Assembly (NCBI GenBank): GCA_964493715.1
Contig: CAZBPC010000009.1
Location: 1 to 51,181, forward strand
Reading direction: 5' to 3'
Origin: an uncultured archaeon
GTDB taxonomy: Archaea; Asgardarchaeota; Lokiarchaeia; Sigyniarchaeales; SOKP01
Length of the DNA: 51,181 nt
Positions 1-9,755 of the stretch are shown piece after piece. The stretch's first letter is position 1. Each line of letters opens with the position of its first letter. The translations under genes were made by a program, and so were the position numbers. Under the pieces are notes generated by a model. The model was not told the origin of the DNA, did no database searches, and saw nothing but the letters and a program-made list of their open reading frames with translations.

Positions 1-50
1 ACCTAATATACTGCCTTAAGAAGGGATTTGAGATTCCAGAAAGTAAACTT

Positions 51-893
51 ATGACACTCGAAGAAGCTGTATCCACGCATATCCAAGATGGAGATTTAGT
101 TGGAATTGGGGGATTATCGTTCTGGAGAAAGCCCATTGGATTGTGTCGAGAAATAATTCGCCAAGAAAAAAAAAACTTAACCTTATGCACTTTTGTTGGT
201 GGTATTGAAGTTGACATGTTGATTGGAGCAGGTTGCATTTCTGAAATACGAGCGTGTTTTGTTGGAATGGAAATATTCGGAATGGCACCAAATTATAGAA
301 AAGCAGTTGAAAGTGGATCCATCAAAGTTTCAGAAGAATCTGAAGCGACAATCGCTCTAGGATTGAGAGCATCCTATTTAAAAGTCCCCTTCATGCCCTT
401 AAAAGGTATCATTGGAACGGACTTTCCAAAGGTAAGGAATGATATAAAACAAATTGAGGATCCACTTGGATCTGGTACACAAGTCATGGCAGTACCAAAA
501 ATTGACTTGGATGTTGCTATATTACACGTTCCATATGCAGATGAATTAGGGAATTGTAATATTTCAGGAGCTGTATGGATGGATGATGACATGGCAAAAA
601 CAGCAAAAAAAACCATAATTACTACTGAAAGAATTGTGGAAACTGAAGATATACGCCATCTACAAGGAAAGGCGCAATTACCGATGCAAACTACCACTGC
701 TGTCATAAAGATGCCTTTTGGTGCTCATCCTACATCTTGTTATGATAAATATACGTTTGATGCCTCTCACATCCAAGCATATTTAAACATGAATTTTGAA
801 GAATACAAAAAGAAATTCATTAGCGCAAGATCTCACGCAGAGTACTTAGATATTGCTGGAGGATCGAGAATGATTTTGGATATTTTATTGTAG
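51..893 (+). CDS. CoA-transferase family I fold, alpha subunit (GctA/IpdA-like); true start may be slightly upstream
   Basis: (SKL)MTLEEAV..GDLVGIGG, RKP, VPFMP, DVAILHVPYADELGN, PFGAHPTSC motifs; frame stays open upstream to the window edge. Confidence 0.9.
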   Translation: MTLEEAVSTHIQDGDLVGIGGLSFWRKPIGLCREIIRQEKKNLTLCTFVGGIEVDMLIGAGCISEIRACFVGMEIFGMAPNYRKAVESGSIKVSEESEATIALGLRASYLKVPFMPLKGIIGTDFPKVRNDIKQIEDPLGSGTQVMAVPKIDLDVAILHVPYADELGNCNISGAVWMDDDMAKTAKKTIITTERIVETEDIRHLQGKAQLPMQTTTAVIKMPFGAHPTSCYDKYTFDASHIQAYLNMNFEEYKKKFISARSHAEYLDIAGGSRMILDILL

Positions 894-930
894 GTTTGGA
901 TTATTTGCAAGAGAATTAAAGGCGTATATT

Positions 931-1710
931 ATGAATAAAAAAAATGAAACTATAAATTTAATTAACGAAAGAAGAACTATCAGGGCATATTCTTCAAAAT
1001 TTATCTCGGAAGATGAGATAGATACAATTATTCAAGGTGCAATGAGAGCGCCAACAGCAGGAAACATGATGTTTTACTCTATCATTCAAGTAAAAGATCA
1101 AACAATAAAAGAAAAACTGGTTAAAACTTGCGATAACCAACCACTTATAGCAAAAGCTCCCTTAGTACTCCTTTTTTTAGCAGATATGCAAAGATGGTGG
1201 GATTATTTCAAAATTTCCAACATAAATACCCAATGTGAAGAAGAAGACATTATGTTTCAAACACCTCAAGAATCTGATTTACTACTTGCTTGTTGTGATG
1301 CTTTAATTGCTGCGCAAAACGCTGTCATCGCAGCTGAAGCATTAGGGATTGGATCTTGTTATATAGGAGACATAATGGAAAATTATGAGATTCATCGTGA
1401 TATCTTTAATCTCCCTAGATGGGTTTTTCCAATTACAATGATTTGTTTTGGTTACCCTAAAGGAGAAAAAGAAAAGATTCCGTTGACAACTCGATTTCCA
1501 AAAAAATATATATGCTTTATAGATCATTATAAAAGATTAAATCCAGAGGATTTTAGCAAAATGCTTAAAAGCGATCCTAGGAGTTCTCAATTAAAAGATG
1601 GAGAGAATTTAGCTCAACTAGCCTACTTCAAAAAACTTGGTGCTGATTATTCTATAGAAATGCGCCGTTCAGTAAAAGCAGCATTAAAAGAATGGATCTG
1701 TAAAGATTAA
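931..1710 (+). CDS. Nitroreductase family flavin oxidoreductase (NfsA/FRP-like)
   Basis: RRTIRAY, APTAGN, DALIAAQNAVIAAEALGIGSCYIG, ICFGYP motifs. Confidence 0.92.
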   Translation: MNKKNETINLINERRTIRAYSSKFISEDEIDTIIQGAMRAPTAGNMMFYSIIQVKDQTIKEKLVKTCDNQPLIAKAPLVLLFLADMQRWWDYFKISNINTQCEEEDIMFQTPQESDLLLACCDALIAAQNAVIAAEALGIGSCYIGDIMENYEIHRDIFNLPRWVFPITMICFGYPKGEKEKIPLTTRFPKKYICFIDHYKRLNPEDFSKMLKSDPRSSQLKDGENLAQLAYFKKLGADYSIEMRRSVKAALKEWICKD

Positions 1711-1739
1711 TATTAATTGAAAATATAAAGAGAATGTAA

Positions 1740-2624
1740 ATGACAGAAATAGCAAAAGATTATACTACGGATGAATTAATGACCGTTTTAATGGCACGAG
1801 AAGTTAAAAATGATGACGTCATGATTGTAGGTGTCGCTACTCCAATGGTTTGGGCCGCATTTACCTTAGCTAAATTGACATGTGCTCCAGACGCAGTCTA
1901 TCATTATATAATGGGCAATACCTTCGTAATTGAACCCCGTCAAGTCTCTCTCCTATATCTTGAAATGAATACAGCAAGAGCTTACCGATTTCAGAATAGC
2001 TGTGAATGCACTCTAGAATCACTTCCTTCAGAAAAACTGACTACAATCGAATTCTTTCGTCCTGCTCAAGTTGATCAATATGGTAATACAAATAATATTT
2101 GTATTGGAGATTGGAATAATCCAAAAATTAGGTTACCTGGATGTGCTGGAATAGCAGACTTTAGCATGTTTTATTTACGTGGCTCATTTCTTTATACTCC
2201 AAGACATGATACTCGAACCTTTGTTCCAACTGAAAATCTTTTCTTTATTTCTGGTGTTGGCTTTCCTGAAGGAATATCAAGTATATGTGGAGGAAGTGGA
2301 CCACAATGCATGATAACAAATCTAGCATATCTAATTTTTGATAAAGAAACAAAAAAAATGAAAATAGGTACAATACATCCCGAGGTAGATATTGAAACTG
2401 TAATAAATTCGACTGGTTTTGAATTAATCATACCTAAAGTATTAAAAGAGACCCAGCCTCCCACCTACGAAGAAATCTCATTATTAAGAGAGAAGGTTGA
2501 TCCTTTAGGAATTAGAAAACTAGAAGTACTTGCTGGTAAAGAAAGGGAAGAATTACTTGATCAAATTATCAAAAAGGAGCTTTCGATGGCAAATCGATTT
2601 CCAAGATCTTTATCCTACTCTTAA
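1740..2624 (+). CDS. CoA-transferase family I fold, beta subunit (GctB-like), lacking the usual catalytic Glu
   Basis: YTTDELM, AQVDQYGNTN, RLPGCAG, ITNLA, STGFEL motifs. Confidence 0.88.
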   Translation: MTEIAKDYTTDELMTVLMAREVKNDDVMIVGVATPMVWAAFTLAKLTCAPDAVYHYIMGNTFVIEPRQVSLLYLEMNTARAYRFQNSCECTLESLPSEKLTTIEFFRPAQVDQYGNTNNICIGDWNNPKIRLPGCAGIADFSMFYLRGSFLYTPRHDTRTFVPTENLFFISGVGFPEGISSICGGSGPQCMITNLAYLIFDKETKKMKIGTIHPEVDIETVINSTGFELIIPKVLKETQPPTYEEISLLREKVDPLGIRKLEVLAGKEREELLDQIIKKELSMANRFPRSLSYS

Positions 2625-2876
2625 ATGCTTAAAAATTAAAATTTTAATAACACTTCGAAGATTGTACCTCAATTCTTTAAAAGTGTCCTGATTATTATCA
2701 TTATAATAATCTCTAAAGAAATTATGTAATATTAGGAATAAATCCATAAATTTACTCTTAAAGAAGCAACCCAATCGATTTTTTTAATACGAAAAGCGAT
2801 CATTCATAAAACCTATTAAATGCCAATATTATTAGGGTGTTTATCACGTAAAATAGAAAAAAAAGATTAGAATTAT

Positions 2877-4139
2877 TTATTTTCTAATTTGTGGTAATTC
2901 CTTTGCTTTAATTAACGGCAGTACTGAAAACAAAACTAAGATTGCGGCAACAAAGAAGATTTGAGGTGGTGGAACTAAACCAGGTATCCCATCAATTATA
3001 ATTGGTGTCCCCCATAATTCAGCTAAGAGATTGCCAATAAATGGACCAATTAACATGCCGATTAATACATTAAATACCAAGTAGTAGCCTTGGAAATGCC
3101 CCGCTTTATCTTTTGGAAAGAGATCATTAACCCATGTTTGAGTGGCAATATGCCAAGTTGTCATCCCCAACACCCATAGGATCCCAAAAATGAGTATCAG
3201 GATTAAATCCGTGGTTAATGACCATAAAATTAACGATACACTCAAGAAAAACACTGAATAGAAAGCAAATTTTTTTCTTCCGACACGATCTACTAGTTTT
3301 CCAATAGGTATTCCAAGTATAATAGATACCAATAAGGCAATAAATATTACCAAAGAAGACATAAGTAGATCTAACCCAATATAATGTTGTAAGTAAATAA
3401 TAATAAATGGGAAGAAAACATTGAATGCTATTGCCCAAATTCCTATGCCAAATAAAACTAAGAATATATTTTTGTTTTCTCGAATGTTTTCAACGCGGAA
3501 AGTACTTTTAATATGTTTCCAATATCCGATTTCCAAAGGTTTCAAATCAGGTGAATCCTTCGCTAATTTAGAACCAATTAGACCTAAAATCCCTGTAATT
3601 ATACCTATTATGATAAAGAAGATATAATAACCAAAAGCTTCGATTATATAACCAGATACACCATAAGTTATAAGAATTGCAACAAGTGTCATAATTTCAT
3701 TGATTGCAATTGCTTTACCTCTATTCTCTAAAGTAGAGATATCTACAATATATGCTCTGTAGGCAGCGTCGTATGCAGTAGCTCCAAAAAAACTCATAAT
3801 ACTATCAAAAAGGATTGCTGTGGTTACTGCGATCATGACCGTTGTAAAGAAAGCAGCAAAAGGAAACATAGCGGTCGTAAAAGCCCAAAAAATAAAACTA
3901 TATAACATGAACTTTCTTCTTGTTCCTTTAACATCACTTAAAGCTCCCATAAACATTGCCGTTAAAGTTGATACTACCGCAGTTATAGCTACCATCAATG
4001 AAACGTAAAATGGACTGGGAGCAATTACATTGTAAAGAAAAACGTTATAATACTGGTTTTCGACTCCAAATGCGATGTTTCCAGCGAGTGCAATTAAGTA
4101 AAGTGATGCAGTAGTGTTTCTTGAAAATTTTTGACTCAT
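2877..4139 (-). CDS. MFS transporter
   Basis: About 12 hydrophobic segments; motif A variants GALSDVKGTRR and GKLVDRVGRKK. Confidence 0.9.
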   Translation of the reverse strand: MSQKFSRNTTASLYLIALAGNIAFGVENQYYNVFLYNVIAPSPFYVSLMVAITAVVSTLTAMFMGALSDVKGTRRKFMLYSFIFWAFTTAMFPFAAFFTTVMIAVTTAILFDSIMSFFGATAYDAAYRAYIVDISTLENRGKAIAINEIMTLVAILITYGVSGYIIEAFGYYIFFIIIGIITGILGLIGSKLAKDSPDLKPLEIGYWKHIKSTFRVENIRENKNIFLVLFGIGIWAIAFNVFFPFIIIYLQHYIGLDLLMSSLVIFIALLVSIILGIPIGKLVDRVGRKKFAFYSVFFLSVSLILWSLTTDLILILIFGILWVLGMTTWHIATQTWVNDLFPKDKAGHFQGYYLVFNVLIGMLIGPFIGNLLAELWGTPIIIDGIPGLVPPPQIFFVAAILVLFSVLPLIKAKELPQIRK

Positions 4140-4218
4140 TTTATGAATATCACTTAATTATTAATTATGAATGAAAATCTAACAATTATTAATACTATTA
4201 CGAATTTAAAAGACGTGA

Positions 4219-4839
4219 ATGTATGAAATAATTAGTTGGACAAACTTTATTTTCTTGAATGTCTCAGCGATCCTAAGTTTTTATGTTTATACCTTGAGTA
4301 TAATGACTGTAACAAGGGAACAAAACAAAGGAAAAAAGGCATGGAAAGAAAGTATTCGTTTAAGAATTTTAGCAGATATCATTTGGATCTTATTTATCTT
4401 AAATTTTATTTTATGGATATGGTTTCCTGTAAAATCAATAAATTGGCCGATTAGTCAGGATTATATCTCTCTTTTTATAATTTCTGTTATATTTATGTTA
4501 CCATTCCTAATAATAACATTCAAAGCCGTTAAGGATGCGGGAAGTGAGACTGTAATTACCTCTGTAAAAAATGAAATGTATGGAGGGATTTATAACTATA
4601 TACGCCATCCTCAAATGTTAGGAACTGCACCAATAATTTTATTAATTTGCTGCCTTCTAAATTCCTTAATTCTTTTAATTTGGTTTTCTATACTAATAGT
4701 CATTATTATACCAATCGTGATTCATTTTGAAGAAAAAGATTTACTTTTGAGATTTGGTGAATTGTACAAAGATTATCAAAGGAGAACTGGTGCGATTATT
4801 CCCAAATTTCGGAGAAGGAAAAAATTAATTTTACCTTGA
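4219..4839 (+). CDS. Isoprenylcysteine carboxyl methyltransferase / PEMT family membrane protein
   Basis: GGIYNYIRHPQMLG and EEKDLLLRFGELYKDYQRRT motifs; TM helices. Confidence 0.88.
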   Translation: MYEIISWTNFIFLNVSAILSFYVYTLSIMTVTREQNKGKKAWKESIRLRILADIIWILFILNFILWIWFPVKSINWPISQDYISLFIISVIFMLPFLIITFKAVKDAGSETVITSVKNEMYGGIYNYIRHPQMLGTAPIILLICCLLNSLILLIWFSILIVIIIPIVIHFEEKDLLLRFGELYKDYQRRTGAIIPKFRRRKKLILP

Positions 4840-4846
4840 ACGATCG

Positions 4847-5818
4847 TTATTCTTTTGTAATTTCAAACTTTATATTTTCAAATTTACTATGAATTAAATC
4901 ATAAATTTTGAATTTTCCGTCATTTAAAGCTTCTTTTACAAAAGCTTCAATATCTCCCTCTTTTAGAAGTTCTCCAAACACAATCTTTTCAACTTTTGAT
5001 TGCACCAATTGTTTAATTTTATAGGAAAATCGATTTCTTCTTTTTTCAATAAGGAGTTCAGACAGTTCTAGATGTTCTTTATGATCCCATATGTTTTGAA
5101 TTAAGTCATCTATTCCTTCTCCATTCACAGCGTCTGTCATCGAAACAGGAGGTCTCCATCCACTCGCAAAAATAGTATCATCAAGCATCATTTCTATTTG
5201 CACTGCGACATCTTCCCCACCAAGATCCTTTTTGTTAACATCATAAACATCCCCAATCTCAATGATACCTGCCTTCTGCATCTGGATAACATCTCCATAT
5301 CCGGGTACAAGAACAACAACTACGGTATATGCTAAATTATAAATGTCAAATTCTGCCTGACCCACACCAACTGTTTCTATTATAATGACATCCATCCCAA
5401 ATGCTTCATATAATAAGCTAATATCAAATACTGCTCGAGAAATCCCTCCTTTAAATCCTCTAGAAGCAAGACTTCGTAGAAATAAATTAGGATGGAGTGA
5501 TATATTGGTCATCCTCACCCTATCACCAAGAAAAGCACCACCGCTAAAAGGGGACGAGGGATCAACACAAATAATACCCACAGATTTTCCAGAATCTAAT
5601 AATTTTTGAGAAATCGCTCCCGTTAATGTGCTCTTACCGACACCAGGCGATCCGGTAATTCCAACGATAAACCCATCACTCTTTTGATCTTCGAAATGTT
5701 TAAAAATTTCTGATGCTCTCTCTGGTTCATTCTCAATAATCGATATTAATCTAGCTAAAGCAATTTTATCCTTATTTTTAAATCTCTCAATTAGAGCATT
5801 CATATCATACTTCTTCAT
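4847..5818 (-). CDS. meaB: Acyl-CoA mutase-associated GTPase MeaB/ArgK
   Basis: GITGSPGVGKST, VDPSSPFSGGAFLGDRVRM, IETVGVGQAE, NKKD. Confidence 0.95.
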   Translation of the reverse strand: MKKYDMNALIERFKNKDKIALARLISIIENEPERASEIFKHFEDQKSDGFIVGITGSPGVGKSTLTGAISQKLLDSGKSVGIICVDPSSPFSGGAFLGDRVRMTNISLHPNLFLRSLASRGFKGGISRAVFDISLLYEAFGMDVIIIETVGVGQAEFDIYNLAYTVVVVLVPGYGDVIQMQKAGIIEIGDVYDVNKKDLGGEDVAVQIEMMLDDTIFASGWRPPVSMTDAVNGEGIDDLIQNIWDHKEHLELSELLIEKRRNRFSYKIKQLVQSKVEKIVFGELLKEGDIEAFVKEALNDGKFKIYDLIHSKFENIKFEITKE

Positions 5819-6295
5819 AAAATTATTGCATCTACGGCTTTAATTTAGCATATATAAATTAATTAGATGAAAAAATATTACATGTGTTTTTTATTTTTTG
5901 AACTTACATTAAATAATAATTTAAAGATTTAAAGAGGAAAAGTGGATAAAAGTAATTTTAGAACCTCGAAAATGGAAATATAGAATATCCAATTTTCTCT
6001 AAAACTTCACATTCTATTTTAAATAAATAATTTAAACTTGAATTTATCCTCATTTAACATCTTTAAGAAAGAACGAGAGGAAAAAAGATTAAAATTACCC
6101 AACGATACAAAGAACTCTGTAATTTTTTTCCGGTCATCATGCAATCTTTTAATGAAGGTAATAAAATTTATTTAAAAAAACTTAAGAATTCAGACGCAAC
6201 CTATTGTATAGGTTAATCCTATGATCCTGAAAGAAGATACACATTTTAAGAGATAGAAAATTCTAAAATAAGTATAATACTCTGAGTTTAAAAAA

Positions 6296-7474
6296 ATGGA
6301 TAGGAATAGTTCATATATTGTTAATTTAATTTGTACTAATTGTGGAAAGGATTTTAATGCAAATGAAAGAAATGGACTATGTAATTCATGTGGAAAAATA
6401 TTGTTTCCGAAATATGATTTAGAGAAAGCTAAAGAGATGCTTTCAAAGCAAATTATCCAAAAAAGGAAAAAATACAATATTTGGCGTTTGCATGAGATTA
6501 TGCCCGTTAAAGATGAAAAATTTCGATTAACGCTTGGAGAGGGATGGACTCCAAATGTTAAACTGAACAATTTTGGTAAAGATTTGAATTTAAATCAAGT
6601 ATATCTTAAAGATGAAGGTCAAAATCCTACGGGCACATTTAAAAGCCGCGGTTTATGTGCAGCAGTTTCTAAAGGATTAGAATTAGGAGTTAAAGATTTT
6701 GTAATGCCAAGCGCTGGAAATGCGGGAGCAGCATTGTCTGCTTATGCTGCACATGCTGGAGTTAACGCTCATGTTTATGTCCCTAAAGATACACCCAAAT
6801 TAATTCAAAAAGAAATAATACATATGGGTGGGGAACTGACATTAATTGAAGGATTGATCAGCGATGCGGGTAGAGTTGCGAATAAAGAAGGTAAAAAAAA
6901 TAATTGGTTTTCAGTTTCTACATTGAAAGAACCCTATCGAGTCGAAGGAAAGAAGACAATGGGATTGGAATTGGCTGAACAATTTAACTGGGCTCTGCCT
7001 GATATTATCATATATCCTACTGGTGGTGGTACTGGAATTGTAGGTATGTGGAAAGCATTTGAAGAAATGGAAACCCTGGGTTTAATAGGAAATGAGCGCC
7101 CAAAAATGATATCCGTACAACCCTCAGGATGTCAACCAATTGTGAGAGCTTTTAAAAAGGGGGATAAATATGCAACCCCTTGGGATAATGCCCACTCATT
7201 TGCTTCTGGAATTCGAGTTCCCGATGCGATCGGTGACTACTTAATATTAAATGCTATTAGAGAATCTAATGGAACCGCGGTTGCTGTTGATGATTCAGAG
7301 ATAAAAGAAGCAATGTATTCATTTGCAAAAACTGAAGGAATTATGGTTTGCCCAGAAGCAGCTGCAACCGTTGCAGCAACGGTAAATTTAACAAACGAAG
7401 GATATATTGATTCGAACGATAGCGTGGTGCTATTTATTACAGGTTCAGGGTTAACAACGCCAAATGATTGGTAA
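6296..7474 (+). CDS. thrC: Threonine synthase-like PLP enzyme with N-terminal zinc ribbon
   Basis: CxxC..CxxC N-terminus, TLGEGWTP, KDEGQNPTGTFKSRG (PLP Lys), SAGNAG, PTGGG, ITGSG. Confidence 0.85.
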   Translation: MDRNSSYIVNLICTNCGKDFNANERNGLCNSCGKILFPKYDLEKAKEMLSKQIIQKRKKYNIWRLHEIMPVKDEKFRLTLGEGWTPNVKLNNFGKDLNLNQVYLKDEGQNPTGTFKSRGLCAAVSKGLELGVKDFVMPSAGNAGAALSAYAAHAGVNAHVYVPKDTPKLIQKEIIHMGGELTLIEGLISDAGRVANKEGKKNNWFSVSTLKEPYRVEGKKTMGLELAEQFNWALPDIIIYPTGGGTGIVGMWKAFEEMETLGLIGNERPKMISVQPSGCQPIVRAFKKGDKYATPWDNAHSFASGIRVPDAIGDYLILNAIRESNGTAVAVDDSEIKEAMYSFAKTEGIMVCPEAAATVAATVNLTNEGYIDSNDSVVLFITGSGLTTPNDW

Positions 7475-7668
7475 AATTAAGAATACAGCACCTTGAATAT
7501 ATCCATAAGAACTGAGTAGTGGAAAGGCATTTTTAATACTGATAAAGATAATTATTAAGCAATAAATTTTTCATAAAACGATGATTAGTTATTTATAGAT
7601 TAAAGTTTAATCATTATTGATGATTAAGCAAGCAAAAATATATAAAAAACGTAAAAAGAGGAACAGAA

Positions 7669-9141
7669 ATGAGAACAAAAGAACAATATATGAACGATTT
7701 AGGGAAAATGAAAAATAATCTTTACTATAATGGTGAAAAGATTGATCGTTTAGACGAAAGGCAAATGTATTGCATTAATACTATTGGTACAACATTCGAT
7801 ATGGTTGATGAATATGCTGATTTAATGAAAGTAAAATCACACCTAACGGGTGAAATAATTAACCGCTTTACACACATTCACCAAAATACGGATGATCTTC
7901 ATAAAAAACAAGACATGACCCGTAGATTATGTCAAAAAGTCGGAGGATGTATACAGAGATGTATGGGGTGTGATGGAGCTAACGCCGTATATAATGTTAG
8001 CTATGAAGCAGATAAATTAAACAAGGGAGAGACTCATTATCACGAAAACTTTAAGAAATGGATGGAACGATTTCAAAGGGAAGATTTAATTGCTGCATGT
8101 GCTCAAACAGATGTGAAAGGTAATCGGATAAAAAGACCCGCCGATCAAGAAGATCCAGATATGTATGTTCATGTCGTAGAAAAAAGAAATGATGGAATTA
8201 TTGTGAGTGGATGTAAAGTTCACATATCGGAAGCTTCAGTTTCTGATGAAATATTAGTAGTTCCTACAAGAGCGCTCAGACCAGAAGATAAAGATTATGC
8301 TGTCGCATTTGCAGTGCCCGGTGATTATGAAGGTGTAAAACAAGTCGTTACTATTCATAATCTGAGAGAAAGAGAACATTTCAAGAGAGGATTCATGCCA
8401 GGAGCTACAGATTCTTATATAATATTTGACAATGTTTTTATTCCATGGGAAAGAGTATTTTTATGTGGGGAATATCAACATGCGGGTGCTCTTGCGTTAT
8501 TATTTGCATTATTTCATCGACATAGTTATTCAGGATGTAAACCAGCAATAGGGGATTTAGTAGTAGGAACGGCAGCTTTAGCTGCTGAATACAATAACAT
8601 TGCTAATGCTTCCCATGTAAGAGAGAAATTGGCAGAACTTATCATGGTTACGGAATTAGGTTACGCCGCAGGATATACTGCATCTGATCTCGGCAAACCA
8701 GAAGTATATATGCCTGGTTATGGATTGATTCCTTATGGCCCAGGAAGCTATATACCGAATTCTATTTACTGCAACGTTGGAAGATGCTTGACTGGAGAAA
8801 ATGTTTATAGAGAAGCGGAAATAATATGTGATATCTCGGGTGGTATTCCAGCTACTTTCCCTCATGAAAAAGATTTTATTAATCCAGAACTTAAAGACTA
8901 TCTGTATAAATACATCACTAGGAATCCAAAGATCGCACCTGAAAATGCTGCACAATTCTGGCGATATGTTGGAGACGTTCTATGTTCTGCAACGGGAGGT
9001 ATCTCTCAGGTAGGAGGTTATCATGGTGGGGGTTCCCCCGTAATGGAACAAATTGCTATCACGACACAATATGACATTGAATCCAAAAAGAAATTAGTAA
9101 AGAATATTGCTGGAATTAATGACAAGCTAAATAATAAGTGA
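7669..9141 (+). CDS. 4-hydroxybutyryl-CoA dehydratase-like (AbfD/HpaB family) Fe-S flavoprotein
   Basis: CIQRC (CX3C) and HRHSYSGC (HX6C) cluster ligands, QTDVKGNR, FDNVFIPWERVF, HGGGSP. Confidence 0.85.
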   Translation: MRTKEQYMNDLGKMKNNLYYNGEKIDRLDERQMYCINTIGTTFDMVDEYADLMKVKSHLTGEIINRFTHIHQNTDDLHKKQDMTRRLCQKVGGCIQRCMGCDGANAVYNVSYEADKLNKGETHYHENFKKWMERFQREDLIAACAQTDVKGNRIKRPADQEDPDMYVHVVEKRNDGIIVSGCKVHISEASVSDEILVVPTRALRPEDKDYAVAFAVPGDYEGVKQVVTIHNLREREHFKRGFMPGATDSYIIFDNVFIPWERVFLCGEYQHAGALALLFALFHRHSYSGCKPAIGDLVVGTAALAAEYNNIANASHVREKLAELIMVTELGYAAGYTASDLGKPEVYMPGYGLIPYGPGSYIPNSIYCNVGRCLTGENVYREAEIICDISGGIPATFPHEKDFINPELKDYLYKYITRNPKIAPENAAQFWRYVGDVLCSATGGISQVGGYHGGGSPVMEQIAITTQYDIESKKKLVKNIAGINDKLNNK

Positions 9142-9331
9142 ATAAAGGGACCAAAAATCAGAACAAAAAATCATAAATTAATTTTTAATCTCAAACTATT
9201 TATTAAAATAAAATGATTGAAATTGATTTGGAATCTTTCCTAAAATTTATCGAATCAACATCTACTAATAGATTTTAAGTACAATAACTAATTCAGAATT
9301 CTTAAATTAAAAAAGAAATAAAATTTTGGGA

Positions 9332-9730
9332 TTATTTTTTGATTTGAGATTTGATATACGACACGATATCTGAAGTCATTGATCCAGGACCAAATACATT
9401 ACCTACTCCCATCTCTTTCAACTTACCAAAGTCTTGGGCGGGAATCACTCCACCGACTACAATCAAGAAATTCTCAACAACTCCTTTCTCTTTTAATATA
9501 TCAATCAGTTGTTGAGTGTAAGCAAAATGGGCACCTGAATGTATACTTAAGCCAATAACATCCACATCTTCTTGAATTGCGGCTTCTGCAATTTGGTGAA
9601 CATTTTGAAACCCTCCAAATATGAGTTCCATTCCAGCATCTCTTAAAGCACGTGAAACAACAATACCTCCTCTCCAGTGACCATCAATTCCAGGCTTACT
9701 CATTAATACTCTAATCTTATTTTCTGACAT
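9332..9730 (-). CDS. B12-binding small subunit of acyl-CoA mutase
   Basis: KPGIDGHWRG (DxHxxG), EDVDVIGLSIHSGAH, VGGVIP, FGPG. Confidence 0.95.
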   Translation of the reverse strand: MSENKIRVLMSKPGIDGHWRGGIVVSRALRDAGMELIFGGFQNVHQIAEAAIQEDVDVIGLSIHSGAHFAYTQQLIDILKEKGVVENFLIVVGGVIPAQDFGKLKEMGVGNVFGPGSMTSDIVSYIKSQIKK

Positions 9731-9755
9731 TTAGTCTTCCTCCTATTCTCTCTTA

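Noticed and set aside
3-53. ATT (33) start for the first gene, since the conserved SKLMTL precedes ATG 51
   Set aside because: The frame is open to the window edge, so an upstream canonical start cannot be excluded; not counted as evidence
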